From Squalus acanthias (lineage: Eukaryota), in assembly GCA_030390025.1 (NCBI GenBank), contig CM059433.1, positions 13,146,001-13,210,000 on the forward strand: a DNA stretch of 64,000 bases, read 5' to 3'. Positions 13,061 to 25,617 of this stretch are shown here, piece by piece. A program made the translations under genes and the position numbers. The notes under the pieces are model-generated. The model saw only the letters and a program-made list of their open reading frames with translations, was not told the DNA's origin and searched no databases. The first letter of the stretch is position 1; every line of letters begins with the position of its first letter.

Positions 13061-13440
13061 TGAGATGGGAAATGTTTAGACATAATGCTTAAGCCATCAG
13101 GCAGTGTGGGGCAGGCTTGATGAACCAGCTGATCTTTTCCTGCCGTTCAATTTTGTATGTTCATATGTTCTGCCTTTTACATTTCTTCTGTCTTGACATT
13201 AGGTTACATTTGTTCTTTGTACATATCTAATCATATGTGTTTGTATTGTGCGTAGGGATTTCATCATCTTCATTGTATTATATGTTTACTGTGTACGCTT
13301 GTATTGACTCCCAGTGTGCAATGGCACAGGAGATTAATCAGTATAATAAATATTTTTGAAGCGTAACAATGCCAAACTAGTAGCACTTGCTTCGAGACAT
13401 CAAGTATTTTAAGCTTTTTATAAGCAGCTCACCCTGCTCA

Positions 13441-14347
13441 GGCTCGGAGTTCCCTAATGCACTGCTCAGCTGTTTACAACTTTAGCTATCACTTAACACC
13501 GAGCTATCTCACCGCCTTTTTACTTCGCCAGGTGAGACAGCTCGGTGTTAAGCAGCTAAGCAAACTGGCGGCTTTTTTTGTTTCAAATGCTGGTATTTGC
13601 AATAGGCCGGATCGTGCTGGTCCCCTCTCAAGTTTTTGCACCGTAAATTGGTGGAAGTACAAGCTGCTGATGGCGCGGCAAGGCAGTGGGGCATCTGGGA
13701 CCTTGCTGAACAGCTGGACCAACAGTGTATCTCCTTAACCAATGAGATTTAAGGACTGCGAATGAAACAGAGGCACGACGGAGAAGGAGGGTAAATTAGA
13801 GTCAAATCAGGTACTAAAAGCGAAATAAAGAGAATGAAAAGATTGGATAGAGCGAGAGAGAGAAAAAAAAGACCGAAAGGAAAAGTCAGAAAAAAATTAC
13901 AAAATTTAAGATTTGAAATTTTCAAAATCTCTCTAAGAACAATTCACTACCTGAAGGAATGAGATTTAACAGTTTAAATTGTTCCCTTTCTGGGCAAGAG
14001 AGGTTGATTGACAGTGCATTAAGAATTATCACGTTGTTAGAAGGGTACTTATGCTCTTAATTACCAGACTAACTTTCTGTGGCGAGTTTAATGGGCAACT
14101 AATGTGCAAATCCAGCAAGTTCTCACAAGTAACAGGGAGGCCAAGGGCGAGATGCCGTTTGTGTGAAGCAACTGGCGGAAAGGCGTAAATCGACCAGCAA
14201 GTTCTGGAGATTCGCAACTCCCGCCGTATCTCTTAATCCCTTGAACTTGCTGGCCGAGGCGTACATTAATAACGGCGTGCGTCGTTAACACGCTGATAAC
14301 AGCGTGCGTCGTTAACACGCTGTTATTTTTACAGCAAGATCCAACCC
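13441..14347. mobile_element. Probable non-autonomous DNA transposon (Harbinger-like)
   Basis: GC-rich ends, AT-rich centre, architecture like 56935-58435; TIR match poor. Confidence 0.4.
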
Positions 14348-14367
14348 ATTGTATTTTCAAGTGTGGT

Positions 14368-14720
14368 AAAGAAAGAAAGACTTGCATTTATATCGCGCTT
14401 TTAAGGACATCCCAAAGCGCTTTACAACCAATTAAGTACTTTTGAAGTGTCGTCACTGTTGTAATGTAGGAAACACCAATTTTGCGCACAGCAAGCTCCC
14501 ACAAACAGCAATGTGATGATGGCCAGATATTCTGTGTTTGTTATGTGGATTGAGGGATAAATATTGACCAGGACACTGGGGTTAACTCCCCTACTCCTCT
14601 TTGAAATAGTGCCATGGGATCTTTTACGTTCACCTGAGGGGGAAGATGGGGCCTCGGTTGAACGTCTCATCCGAAAGACGGCACCTCCGACAGTGCAGCA
14701 CTCCCTCAGTACTGCACTGA
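14368..14720 (-). mobile_element. SacSINE1-like SINE, 5'-truncated
   Basis: same body and tail as 12597-13060. Confidence 0.8.
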
Positions 14721-15384
14721 GTAGAACCCTAAAACATTAAAAACACTTTTCTAATGCTGTGTTTTCCCATGTTAAATTCTATCTCCTCATAGTGAGCCCA
14801 GTGCTTTCTGCTGACAGCCAGATGCACTAACCAGCTCTTGTTACGTTTCACTGGCACATTAAGTAAATTAGGTGTTGCTGTGTTGTCCACAGTAGGAGGT
14901 GCCATTTCTAAGTATTGACACAATGTTAGGGGGTCAGATAGCTCTGCAGAAATTTAGAGTAGATTAATGCAGTTAGATCATCCCCACGCATTTCACACAT
15001 TGCATACTTCATCTGCAGGTAACGTGTGCAGGATGTAAAATGCATTAAGAGTAATAAACGGCAATCAATAAGGATCTGAAGATTGACATCAGCTGACACC
15101 ATAGCTACAGAATTGTGGAGCACTGTGATATCAATTTATGCAATCTAAACTTTAACTCCACAGCCCCTCATTCTCAAACATGATATCAAATAATTAAATC
15201 AAACAGAAGCACTAGTGTGCTCTAATTTTGCCCCATCCTTCAAACTGCTCTTAAACGTCTCCCTTTTTGTCCCAATCACTGGATTAATATATATTTCACT
15301 CCCCAATATGATTAGTGTCTCTGTCAGTCCATGAATTACTGGTCAATCTCTCTGACCCAATTGATTCACTCTCTCCAACTAGGT

Positions 15385-15870
15385 TAGTATTTCTGGCAGC
15401 ATCTGTGGAGAGAGAAACAGAGTTAACGTTTCGGGTCGATGACCCTTCGTCAGAACTGGAAAAAGTTGGAGATGGAACAGGTTTTTAAGCAAGTGTAGGG
15501 GCCGGGAGAGGGGGAGGGGAGGAAAGAACAAAAGGGAAGGTCTGTGATAGGATGGAAGGCAGGAGAGATTAAGAGACAAAAGGGATGATGGCGCAAGGCA
15601 AAAGGAGATGGTAATGGGACAAGTTAAGAAACAAAAGATGGCTCTAGATGAAGTGTAAATGGCACTGGCAGAATGAAAGACAGCTGCCATGTGAGAGAGA
15701 GAAATGGGGGGAAAAAAATGGGGCCGAGGTTATGGTCTGAAATTGTTGAACTCGATGTTGAGTCCAGAAGGCTGTAAAGTGCCGAATCGAAAGATGAGGT
15801 GCTGTTCCTCGAGCTTACGTTGAGCTTCATTGGAACAGTGTAAGAGGCCGAAGTTCACTGTTCCAATGAA
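15385..15870 (-). mobile_element. Penelope-like element 3' end (family B) with GIY-YIG C-terminus and hammerhead
   Basis: about 15850-15730 (-) encodes GLLHCSNEAQRKLEEQHLIFRFGTLQPSGLNIEFNNFRP*; hammerhead downstream; short inverted segment at the 5' junction. Confidence 0.85.
15421..15457 (-). ncRNA. Minimal hammerhead ribozyme motif (family B)
   Basis: agtt CTGACGA a-gggtc-atc-gaccc GAAA cg TT aact. Confidence 0.8.
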
Positions 15871-16149
15871 TCTCTCCTTGATCTTGCCACTGCTTTCTCA
15901 AACCTACTGATGTTGGCAACTGAATTCCAGCACTGTCAGTTTCCTTAAATACAACTTTTTGAACCCTTGATACTGTGCATGTTACCAGAAAGGACTCCGC
16001 CATTATTGACACAGAACTTACGGCAAACCGCATCCAAACTTGGAGCAGAACAGGGCACTAGACACTAATGCGAAGAATCCAACTGCTGCCTCACATCAGT
16101 TTGAAGCCGGTGTTAAATAAATGTACCAGAAGCTGTGACTTCAATAAAC

Positions 16150-17390
16150 CAACAATCTGCATTTTTGTAGTGCTCATTACGCACAGAAGAGATATCTGAG
16201 TGCTTTACAGGGTGGTAGTTAGGGGTGCAGGGAGGGGAAGATTGGGGATTAAAGAGGTTAAACAATGGGGCAAAAGCAGAGTCAAAGAGGAAGGTCATCA
16301 GTGTTTCTGAAGACCGAGAGGTAGGTGGCAAGACATGAATGCTGAGGGAGGGAGCTCCGGAGGATGAGGGCAAGGTGACTGAAGGAGCAGCTATCAATGG
16401 TAGAGCAGAGAACAAGAAGGAGGCTAGTGTCGGAGGAGGGAGGCTGTGTGCAAGAGAAGATTACAGAGGTAAGGAGGGACAGAGGGATTTAAAGGTGAGA
16501 ACAATAATCTTAAAAGTTAATTCCCTGGAAAACAATGGGGCAAAAAGTAGTGCCTCCACGCCCAAAATTTGATGGTAGCGCCACAAGCGGGCGGGGGCGG
16601 GGGCGGGTGCTACTGGAAGTGCTCCCTCTCCCTCTTGGGGCGCTCCAACCCAATATCGCGGCACTACGTGCCCGGCTACTCCTCTTTAAATATCACCGCA
16701 TGTACGCCCCCCCCCCGACTCTGTCGGACAAACCAAAGTTTGCGGCCGGGGCGCGAGCGCGGCGCTGCGCACGGCGATGATGCCATCACCAGAGGTGCAG
16801 CACCGCAGGGTGCGACTGGCTTCCGCTGCCGCTAACCTCCCGCTGAATTTTGCGGGTGTCGTTAGCGGCACTGCGCCCGGGCGCTAGTTGCTTTGCGCCC
16901 CGTTAGCACCACCTCAGGGTGCTAACTGGAGGCGCTAAGCAACTGTATTTTGCCCCCAATATGTCACCTAAGCTTCACGAGGGACAGGGGTGTTAGGGAA
17001 TTGGGCCTTAGGCTGTGACATTCTGGGTGCCCAGCACGTTGTGAATGGTAGAAAGGGGTAGGCCAGTAGTAGAAGTTCAGCTAAAAGGTGATTAAAGCCA
17101 TGGACTAGGTTTTTGGCAAAAGAGGGAGACTGATAAGGATGCCGTTGGACAATGTTGCAGAAATGAAAGAAAGTGGTTGCAGTGACCAATCGGAATTAGG
17201 GAAGAAACTGAGCCATAAATCAAGGTTCCACATCCCAGGGCTAAGCCTAAGGTGGCAAAACTGGAGGCGGATGGAGTCGAGGCTGGAGGCATGCCGGAAG
17301 CCAAAGAGGATTGCTTCAGTTTTCCCAGCATTAAGCTGGAGGAAGTATTGACTGATCCAGGTCTTAATGTCAGCTAGACCGTTGGTTAAT
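16150..17390 (-). mobile_element. Old L2 LINE fragments (interrupted by a MITE)
   Basis: LADIKTWISQYFLQLNAGKTEAILFG and FKIIVLTFKSL remnants typical of L2 ORF2. Confidence 0.65.
16537..16957. mobile_element. GC-rich Harbinger-type MITE
   Basis: TIR ggggcaaaa / ttttgcccc, flanking aat duplication; homologous to 5169-5741. Confidence 0.75.
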
Positions 17391-17392
17391 GG

Positions 17393-17855
17393 AACATAGG
17401 AACAGCAGTAGGCCATTGGGCCCCTCGAACCTGTTCCGCCATTCAGTGGGATCATGGCTGATCTGTGACCTAACTCCATATACCCGCCTTTGGCCCATAT
17501 CCCTTAATACCTTTGGTTAACAAAAATCTGTCAATCTCAGATTTAAAATTAACAATTGATCTAGCATCAATTGCTGTTTTCGGAAGAGAGTTCCAAACTT
17601 CTACCACCCTTTGTGTGTGGAAGTGTTTCCTAATTTCACTCCTGAAAGGTCTGGTTCTAATTTTTAGACTATGCCCCCTAGTCCTAGAATCCCCAACCAG
17701 CGGAAATAGTTTCTCTCTATCTACCCTATTTGTTCCCCATAATATCTTGAAAACTTCGATCAGATCACCTCTTAACATTCTAAATTCATGGGAATACAAC
17801 CCTAATTTGTGTAATCTCTCCTCGTAACTTAACCCTTGAAGTTGGGTATCATTCT
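17393..17855 (-). mobile_element. CR1/HER1-like LINE 3' fragment
   Basis: GLSYEERLHKLGLYS...RGHSLKI...VVEVWNSLP and CR1 3' UTR. Confidence 0.9.
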
Positions 17856-17945
17856 GGAGGAGGGGTGAGGGAGAGTGGCTGTTAACAGCATGCAGTATGA
17901 CAGCTGAGCCCATACTGAGCCATGAGGTTACACCGAGCAGTACGG

Positions 17946-18020
17946 TAGCATAGTGGTCATGTTACTGGGCTAGTAATCCAGAGGCCTGGACTAATGATCC
18001 AGAGACGTGAGTTCAAATCC
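17946..18020 (+). promoter_or_regulatory. RNA Pol III type-2 internal promoter (A and B boxes) in the LINE head
   Basis: A box TAGCATAGTGG at 17946-17956; B box GAGTTCAAATCC at 18009-18020; anticodon-arm-like hairpins between them. Confidence 0.75.
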
Positions 18021-19090
18021 CACCACGGGGAATTTAAATTCAGTTTATTAAATAAATCTGGAATAAAAAGAAAAGCTAGTAGCAGTAATGGTAACCATGA
18101 AACTATTGGATTCTCGTAAAACCTCATCTGGTTCACTAATGTCCTTTAGGGAAGGAAATCTTACCCGGTCTGGCCTATATGTGACTCCAGACCCACAGCA
18201 ATGTGGTTGACTCTTAACTGCCCTCTGAAATGGCCTAGCAAGTCACTCAGTTGTAACTAACGGCTACGAAACAAAATAATAAGAATGAAACCGGACGGAC
18301 CACCCGGCATCGACCTCGGCACCGGCTACGGACACGGCAACGGCACACCCAGCCCAGTCAACCCTGCAAAGTCCTCCTCACCAACATCTGGGGACTTGTG
18401 CCAAAATTGGGAGAGCTGTCCCATAGACTAGTCAAGCAACAGCCTGACATTATCATACTCAGAATCATACCTTTCAGCCAATGTCCCGAATTCCTCCATC
18501 ACCATCCCTGGGTATGTCCTGTCCCACCGGCACAGTGGAAGGACTCGGGAAGGAGTGGCCCTGGGAGTCCTCAACATTGACTCCGGACCCCATGAAGTCT
18601 CATGGCAAGGAATCCTCCTGCTGATTACCACCTACTCCTCCATGTTGAACACCATTTGGAAGAAGCACTGAAAGTAGCAAGGGCACAGAATGTACTCTGG
18701 GTGGGGGACTTCAATGTCCATCACCAAGAGTGGCTCAGTAGCACCACTACTGACCGAGCTGGCTGAGTCCTGAAGGACATAACTGCCAGTCTGGGCCTGC
18801 GACAGGTGGTGAGTGAACCAACAAGAGGGAAAAACCTACTTGACCTCGTCTTGACCAATCTACCTGTCCATGATGGCATTGGCAGCAGTGACCGCACAGT
18901 CATTGTGGAGACGAAGTCCTGTCTTCACACTGAGGACACCCTCCATCGTGTTGTGTGGCACTACCACCGTGCTAAATGGGATAGATTCAGAACAGATCTA
19001 GCAGCTCAAAACTGGGCATCCATGAGGCGCTGTGGGCCATCAGCAGCAGCAGAATTGTATTCCACCACAATCTGTAACCTCATGGCCCGG

Positions 19091-19531
19091 CATAGAAACA
19101 TAGAAACATAGAAACATAGAATCTAGGAGCAGGAGTAGGCCATTCAGCCCGTCGAGCCTGCTCCGCCATTCAATACGATCATGGCTGATCATCCAAATCC
19201 AGTACCCTGTCCCTGCTTTTAATCCCCACAGTACACATATCCCACCCTACCCCTGTAACCCCACGTATTTAATTCCCCCTAACATATCCCATCCTATCCC
19301 CATAACCCCACATATTTAATCCCCCCTAACACTAAGGGTCAATTTATCATAGCCAAATCAACCTAACCCACACATTTTTGGACTGTGGGAGGAAACCGGA
19401 GCACCCGGAGGAAACCCACGCAGACACGGGGAGAATGTGCAAACTCCACACAGTCACCCGAGGTCAGATTCGAACCCGGGTCCCTGGCGCTGTGAGGCAC
19501 CAGTGCTAACCACTATGCCACCGTGTTGCCC
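19091..19531 (-). mobile_element. V-SINE (HE1-like) with CR1-derived tail
   Basis: reverse strand: tRNA head (tggcatagtgg / ggttcgaatc), V domain tgtgtggagtttgcacattctccccgtgtctgcgtgggtttcc, CR1-like 3' end with (tttctatg)n. Confidence 0.9.
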
Positions 19532-22500
19532 ACCATATCCCTCACTCTACCATTACCACCAAGCCCAAGCCAGGGGACCAACTGTGGTTCAACGAGTGTA
19601 GAAGAGCATGACAGGAGCAGCATCAGGCGTACCTAAAAATGAGGTGCCAACCTGGGGAAGCTGCAACACAGGACTACATGCATGCTAAAAAGCGGAAGCA
19701 GCATGCTATAGACAGGGCTAAGCGATCCCACAATCAACGGATCAGATCAAAGCTCTGCAGTCCTGCCACATCCAGTCGTGAATAGTTGTGGACCATTAAA
19801 CAACTAACGGGAGGAGGAGGCTCCAAGAATATCCCCATCCTCAATGAAGGTGGAACCCAGCACGTGCAGAGTGGATGATCCATATCGGCCTACTCCCGAT
19901 GTCACAGAAGCCATTCTTCAGCCAATTCGATTCACTCCACGTGATATCAAGAAAGGGCTGAGCGCACTGGATACAGCAAAGGCTATGGGCCCCAACAACA
20001 TCCCGGCTATCGTGCTCCAGAACTAGTCGCGCCTCTAGCCAAGCTGTTCCAGTACAGCTACAACACTGGTATCTATCCGACAATGTGGAAAACTGCCCAG
20101 GTATGTCCTGTCCACAAAAAGCAGGACAAATCCAACCCGGCCAATTACTGCCCCATCAGTCCACTCTCAATCATCAGCAAAGTGATGGAAGGTGTCATCG
20201 ACCGTGCTATCAAGCGGCACTTACTCACCAATAACCTGCTCACTGATGCCCAATTTGGGTTCTGCCAAGACCACTCGGCTCCCAACCTCATTACAGTCTT
20301 GGTCCAAACATGGACAAAGGAGCTGAATTCCAGAGGTGAGGTGAGAGTGACTGCCCTTGACGTCAAGGCAGCATTTAACCGAGTGTGGCATCAAGGAGCC
20401 CTAGTAAAACTGAAGTCAATGGGAATCGGGGGAAAACTCTCCACTGGCTGGAGTCATACCTAGCACAAAGGAAGGTGGTTGTGGTGGTTGACGGTCAGTC
20501 ATCACAGCCCCAGGACATCACTGCAGGAGTTCCTCAGGGCAGTGCCCTAGGCCCAACCATCTTCAGCTGCTTCATCAATGACCTTCCCTCCAACATAAGA
20601 TCAGAAATGAGGATGTTCGCTGACGACTGCATAGTGTTCAGTGCCATTCGCAACTCCACAGATAATGAAGCATTCCATGCCCGCATGCAACAAGACATGG
20701 ACAACGTTCAGGCTTGGGCTGATAAGTGGCAGGTAACATTCGCGCCTCAGAAGTGCCAGGCAATGACTATCTCCAACAAGCGAGAGTCTAACCACCTCCC
20801 CTTGACATTCAATGGCATTACCATCGCCGAATCCCCCACTACCAACATCCTGGGGGGTCACCATTAACCTGAAACTTAACTGGACCAGCCACATAAATAC
20901 TGTGGCAACAAGAGCAGGTCAGAGGCTAGGTATTCTGCGGCGAGTGTCTCCCCATCTGACTCCCCAAAGCCTTTTCACCATCTACAAGGCACAAGTAAGG
21001 AGTGTGATGGAATACTCTCCACTTGCCTGGATGAGTGCAGCTCCAACAACACTCAAGAAGCTCGACATCATCCAGGACAAAGCAGCCTGCTTGATTGGCA
21101 CCCTATCCACCACCTTAAACATTCACTCCCTCCACCACCGGCGTACCGTGGCTGCAGTGTGTACCATCTACAAGATACACTGCAGCAACTCGCCAAGGCT
21201 TCTTCGGCAGCACCTCCCAAACCCGTGACCTCTTCCACCTAGAAGGACAAGGGCAGCAGGCGCATGGGAACACCACCACCTCCAAGTTCCCCTCCAAGTC
21301 ACACACCGTCCTGACTTAGAAGTATATCGCCGATCCTTCATCGTCGCTGGGTCAAAATCCTGGAACTCCCTCCCTAACAGCACTGTGGGAGTACCATCAC
21401 CACACGGACTGCAGCGGTTCAAGAAGGCGGCTCACCACCACCTTCTCAAGGGCAACTAGGGATGGGCAATAAATGCTGGCCTTGCCAGCGATGCCCTGAT
21501 CCCATAAACGAATAAAAAAAAACAACAACTTCTGGCTGACATCTCCATGGGTTGGAATGCAAATATCCTTGTGGTGCACCAGAGTGAGAAAAATGGATGT
21601 GTTATGAAGCAAAGTCTTGATTGGTTACTATGGCCAGGGTCAAGTCCCATGCTCCAACTGACCTAATTGGTTTTAATATGGTTTCAACCGTTGCACATTT
21701 TTGGCAGATTTGGGTTTTGTGGATTTTCAGTGTGAATCGCAGACATGGGTTGAAGTGCCGACTGTTGGTGTAAAGTGCAGATGGTCACAAGTTGAGTTTG
21801 AATTAAGCCGGGCCTTTGTCCCTATTTTATTTCATCCTTCCAGAATGGCGACCCTACTGTATCCGAATGTAGCATGTTGTTTCTGAAAAGATGCCAGTGT
21901 CCTGGCCTTTATTGCCCTTCCTGGCAACCAGTTCCAGCTGCTGATCTCACTGTGATAAGAAATAATTCTTATGTCTGTTCTGGACTTGCCCTTCACGTGC
22001 CTGTTTCCTCTTGTCCTGTTGCCTTGGGTTACCTGAAAGTATTGTTCTGGGCTTACTAATCATTGCTCTCCTCTGCACTGAGTCTAGCATGCTGCTTTGT
22101 TTGGTTGTTATTGCTCAGCATATTCTAACACTCTGGAGCCTTGTCCAACGTCCCGCGCGCCCCCCACCACCCACCCCCGGGCAAGTTCTAAGTTCTGCCA
22201 GCCATGGGATATAAGTGCCTATTGATATTGGACTGGCTAATCCCTCACATAATGAATGTATTTCACCTTCTGGTGCCTCTCGGCAATGTTCAGTCTTCCT
22301 CCCAATGTCACCCAGCCTAACGGCTCCTTTATTTGGAAAAAGGATATTGCCTTACCCCGACTCTAATTGCCCCCCAGTTCCAGCACAGACCCACATCCGA
22401 GTGAGGTGAGCGCGAATAATGAAAAGTGCTCACCTCTGTGGAATAATTTCCTGGAAGAGATGACTGATTTGTCGATGGGGAACAAAACAATAGATGGTGC

Positions 22501-23159
22501 TGCCTGCTGTCTCAGCTGGAGTGCACCAAGCTGACGCAAGCTCTCGTGTACAACAATGCTGGACTCTCTCCACCTATTGGGACCTGCAAGGTGATGGATT
22601 TATGAGGTAGTTGGCAGCTGGAGGTGGAAGAGAAGTGCTGTCAGCATGGTGTTCTCCTAGTGAGAGCCAGCAACGTTATCTGATTGTACTGTTGCCCAGA
22701 GTATTGGTTGTTTCTAGCAGTAGGGTATTTGCAGTGAGCACGTTCGATTACTAAAACTTGTCTCGCTCATCTGTGACTCTATGCTGTGAGCAGGAGTGAT
22801 GGCTGCTTTGAAGACTTGCATAGACAACCAAAGAGTCACTGAATCCTCAAAATAGCTCATTTAAAAAAAAAGCTCAAAGGGCTGCTGGGCTTTGGCAAGT
22901 CAGTGACCCTACCGCTTTGTCAAATAGCCCAACAGACTACAAGCACCTTCCTCTCCTCTCTCTCTCTCCCTCCACCGAAGGTGAACAACCAGGGTGCTCT
23001 CAGACCCCACCATCTCCAATGATGTACAGCAATACCTCCACCTTTCCCACCAAATCCCTGATGCAGTGGCCACGAATGTTGATGCCCTGACCCATCTACT
23101 CCAAGTCCCAGTACTGTTGCCTCCAACGTATCTTCCTGTCTGAGTTGTGATGTCCAATT

Positions 23160-23490
23160 AAGAAAAAGAAAAGAGGTGAAGATTTTAAGCAGAGCAAAAA
23201 AGGAAGCGAAAAGCCAAATAGAAGTGGAGGGGGAGTTAGAGAGGGAGACAGAAGAGAAGTGGAGGAGGAAGGGAGGGAGAGAAAGCAAAGCCAGAGAGAT
23301 GAGGGGAGGGGAGAGAGGGGGGGAGGAGGAAGAGAGAGAGAGAGAGAGAAATAGGCTGGAGGAGGAGGAGAGGGAAGCCAAAGGAGGAGGGGGAGACCGA
23401 GAGCATGCTGTTGAAGGGGGAAGAGAGAGAGTGAAGCTGAAGGAGCGAGATTTAGAAAGAGTAGAGGGTGGGAATGAAACGATGGCGGGG
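23160..23490. repeat. Purine-rich low-complexity tract
   Basis: almost exclusively G/A, includes (GA)n. Confidence 0.8.
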
Positions 23491-24475
23491 AAGCAAGCAA
23501 CAGACTGACAGCTTGGTTTTAATGGCAGTTTGGAAGGTTCTTGTTCTTGAGTTTTTTTGTTCCAAATCTGTTCGAGGTGTTAATAATCAAGTCTGTCATT
23601 CACTCTCCAAATCACCATATATTAAAGAGGTAATCAAACTGTCAATTCTAACAAATGAACTTTAGTCTCATTCCTCCTTGTATAGTAATTAGGGTACAAA
23701 GGAGTGTTGAATTAGCTTAGTTGACTTTCTGTTCATTTTGTTTAAAATTTATTGTCTTCATCTGTTAATTTTTTCCCTTTATTTTGATTTTCTGTACTAC
23801 TTACTATCTTAACATTTTTCCATTTCTGCTATGATATGACTTTCCCTGTTTCACTATATCAGTTGTCTGGTGTGGTATAGCTAATTGCACAATAAGCCAT
23901 ATTGATCCAGAGTGTTTTTTTTTCCCTCTTCTCCTTTACTGGTGTTTATAAAAGTGCCAGTAAAGATAACACCTGGGGGCAAATCGGTACATTAGCGCCT
24001 CCAGTTAGCGGCAGCATATGGCGCTAACGGAGCGCTAGAGCATTATTGCCGGGGCGAGGCAAATCCAACGCCGCACGCCAAATCCTGCCCCCCTCGCAGC
24101 GCCGCCGCTAACGGTTATCGCCGGGAGCCTCAACGCCAGGTAGATTGTGACGTCAGTGAGTGTGCGACGCTCACTGACCGCCCGATCTGCAAAATTGCTC
24201 GTCACCACCTACCTTAACGCCTGGAGTAAACAGCGACAGGGAGAGCTGGCGTGAAGCAACAGGAAGCCGGCCTCAGGGAAGTTATTTAAAGAGATCATCA
24301 GTAATGAGTTGCAGCTGTAGGTTAGTGGAGTTTCGGTGCTTTCCTGTCAGTTTCACATAGTGCAACAGTCTCATTCTGTAATTTCAACGTTATTTAGTAT
24401 GGGGAGTGTTGTGACAACTAAAATGTAGCTACATTTATTCTTTAAAAAATCAAACTGCTACATTTGGTTACATTA

Positions 24476-25617
24476 ATGGGGGCTGTCCTGTCAGTCGACC
24501 TCGCCCTCCGGGATCTATGGCGGAGGCAGCGAGATAGATGGAACATGTGGCCAGAGGGAGGAGGAGGGGGGCCATCAGTGCTCTCAACAGGAGGCCTTAC
24601 CCTCTGAGGGTATTCTGAGAGCACTTCTACCTCCAATTAAGCGAGGAGCAGTGAATGAGAAGGCTCCGCTTCACCAAGGAGGTGGTCACAGAGCTCTGCC
24701 GCCTCCTACAACCAGACCTCGAGCCTCAGATCAGGGCGACCACGGCGCTCTCAGTGGCAGTCAAGGTCACCGTCGCCCTCAATTTCTTCGCCAGCGGATC
24801 CTTCCAGTTTGCAACAGGAGACATAGCTAACATCTCACAGTTCGCCGTCCAGCGCTGCATCCAGGAGGTCACAGAGGCTCTAGGCAGTAGAAGGGACTAC
24901 ATTTCCTTCCCCATCACCAGAGAGAAGCAGGATGAGCGTGTATGTGGCTTTGCCAGGATAGCGGGATTCCCCATGGTGCAGGGCGCCATTGACTGCACCC
25001 ATGTGGCTTTGCGGGCACCGCATAACAATCCTGAAATCTTCCGTAACTGCAAAGGCTACCACTCACTTAATGTGCAGTTGGTGTGCGACCCCAGACAGCG
25101 AATCCTCAGTGTCAATGCCCGCTATCCTGGCAGCAGCTACGATGCCTTCATCCTGCCAGACCAGAGTGCCAGCACTCTTCCAGCCAACTCGTCAAGCTCG
25201 CAGCTGGCTGCTCGGAGACTAGGGCTATCCGCTCTCCACCTGGCTCATGACTCCCCTCCGCAACCCCAACACTCCTGCCCAGCACTCATATATAATGAGA
25301 GCCATGCTGCCACCAGGAACATCATCGAGCAGGTCATCGGCCTGCTGAAGCAACGGTTCCACTGCCTTGACCGCTCGGGAGGAGCCCTCCAGTACTCGGC
25401 TGAGCGGGTGTCCCATTTCGTGGTGGTCTGCTGCATGCTCCAGCCCTTGCCAGCAGGGATTGCGGGACCACCTCAGGAGGAGGAAGAGGAGGAGGAGAAC
25501 GAGGAGAAGGAGGAAGAGGAAGAGGAGGAGGAACAGGAGCGAGGGAGGAAGCAGCCACTCAATCGGCCTTCCAGAAGGGCGGTCCATAATTGCCTCATCA
25601 GACTGCGGTTCGAATGA
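24476..25617 (+). pseudogene. Harbinger DDE transposase (HARBI1-like), frameshifted
   Basis: GAIDCTHV, YHSLNVQLVCD, YPGSSYDAFIL, WLLGD in a shifted frame, YNESHAATRNIIEQVIGLLKQRF; in-frame stops and frameshifts. Confidence 0.9.

Larger units (their letters stand above)
17935..21522 (+). mobile_element. Near full-length tRNA-headed, ORF1-less APE-RT LINE, copy 2 (decayed; V-SINE inserted)
   Basis: tRNA-like head, structured leader, then frameshifted EN (TNIWGL, QPDIIIL, VGDFNVHH, LDLVLTN, SDRT) and RT (ALDVKAAFNRVWH, GVPQGS, MFADD); hairpin tail and A-run. Confidence 0.9.

Noticed and set aside
17935..18030. Functional tRNA gene
   Set aside because: Duplicated anticodon-like arm, no terminator, and continuity with the retroelement; it is a tRNA-derived head
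22920..23508. 110-153 aa ORFs on both strands
   Set aside because: Products of a purine-rich low-complexity tract
24655..25617. Domesticated HARBI1 gene
   Set aside because: Frameshift in the catalytic region, upstream stops, transposon termini and an adjacent Myb partner indicate a decayed transposon
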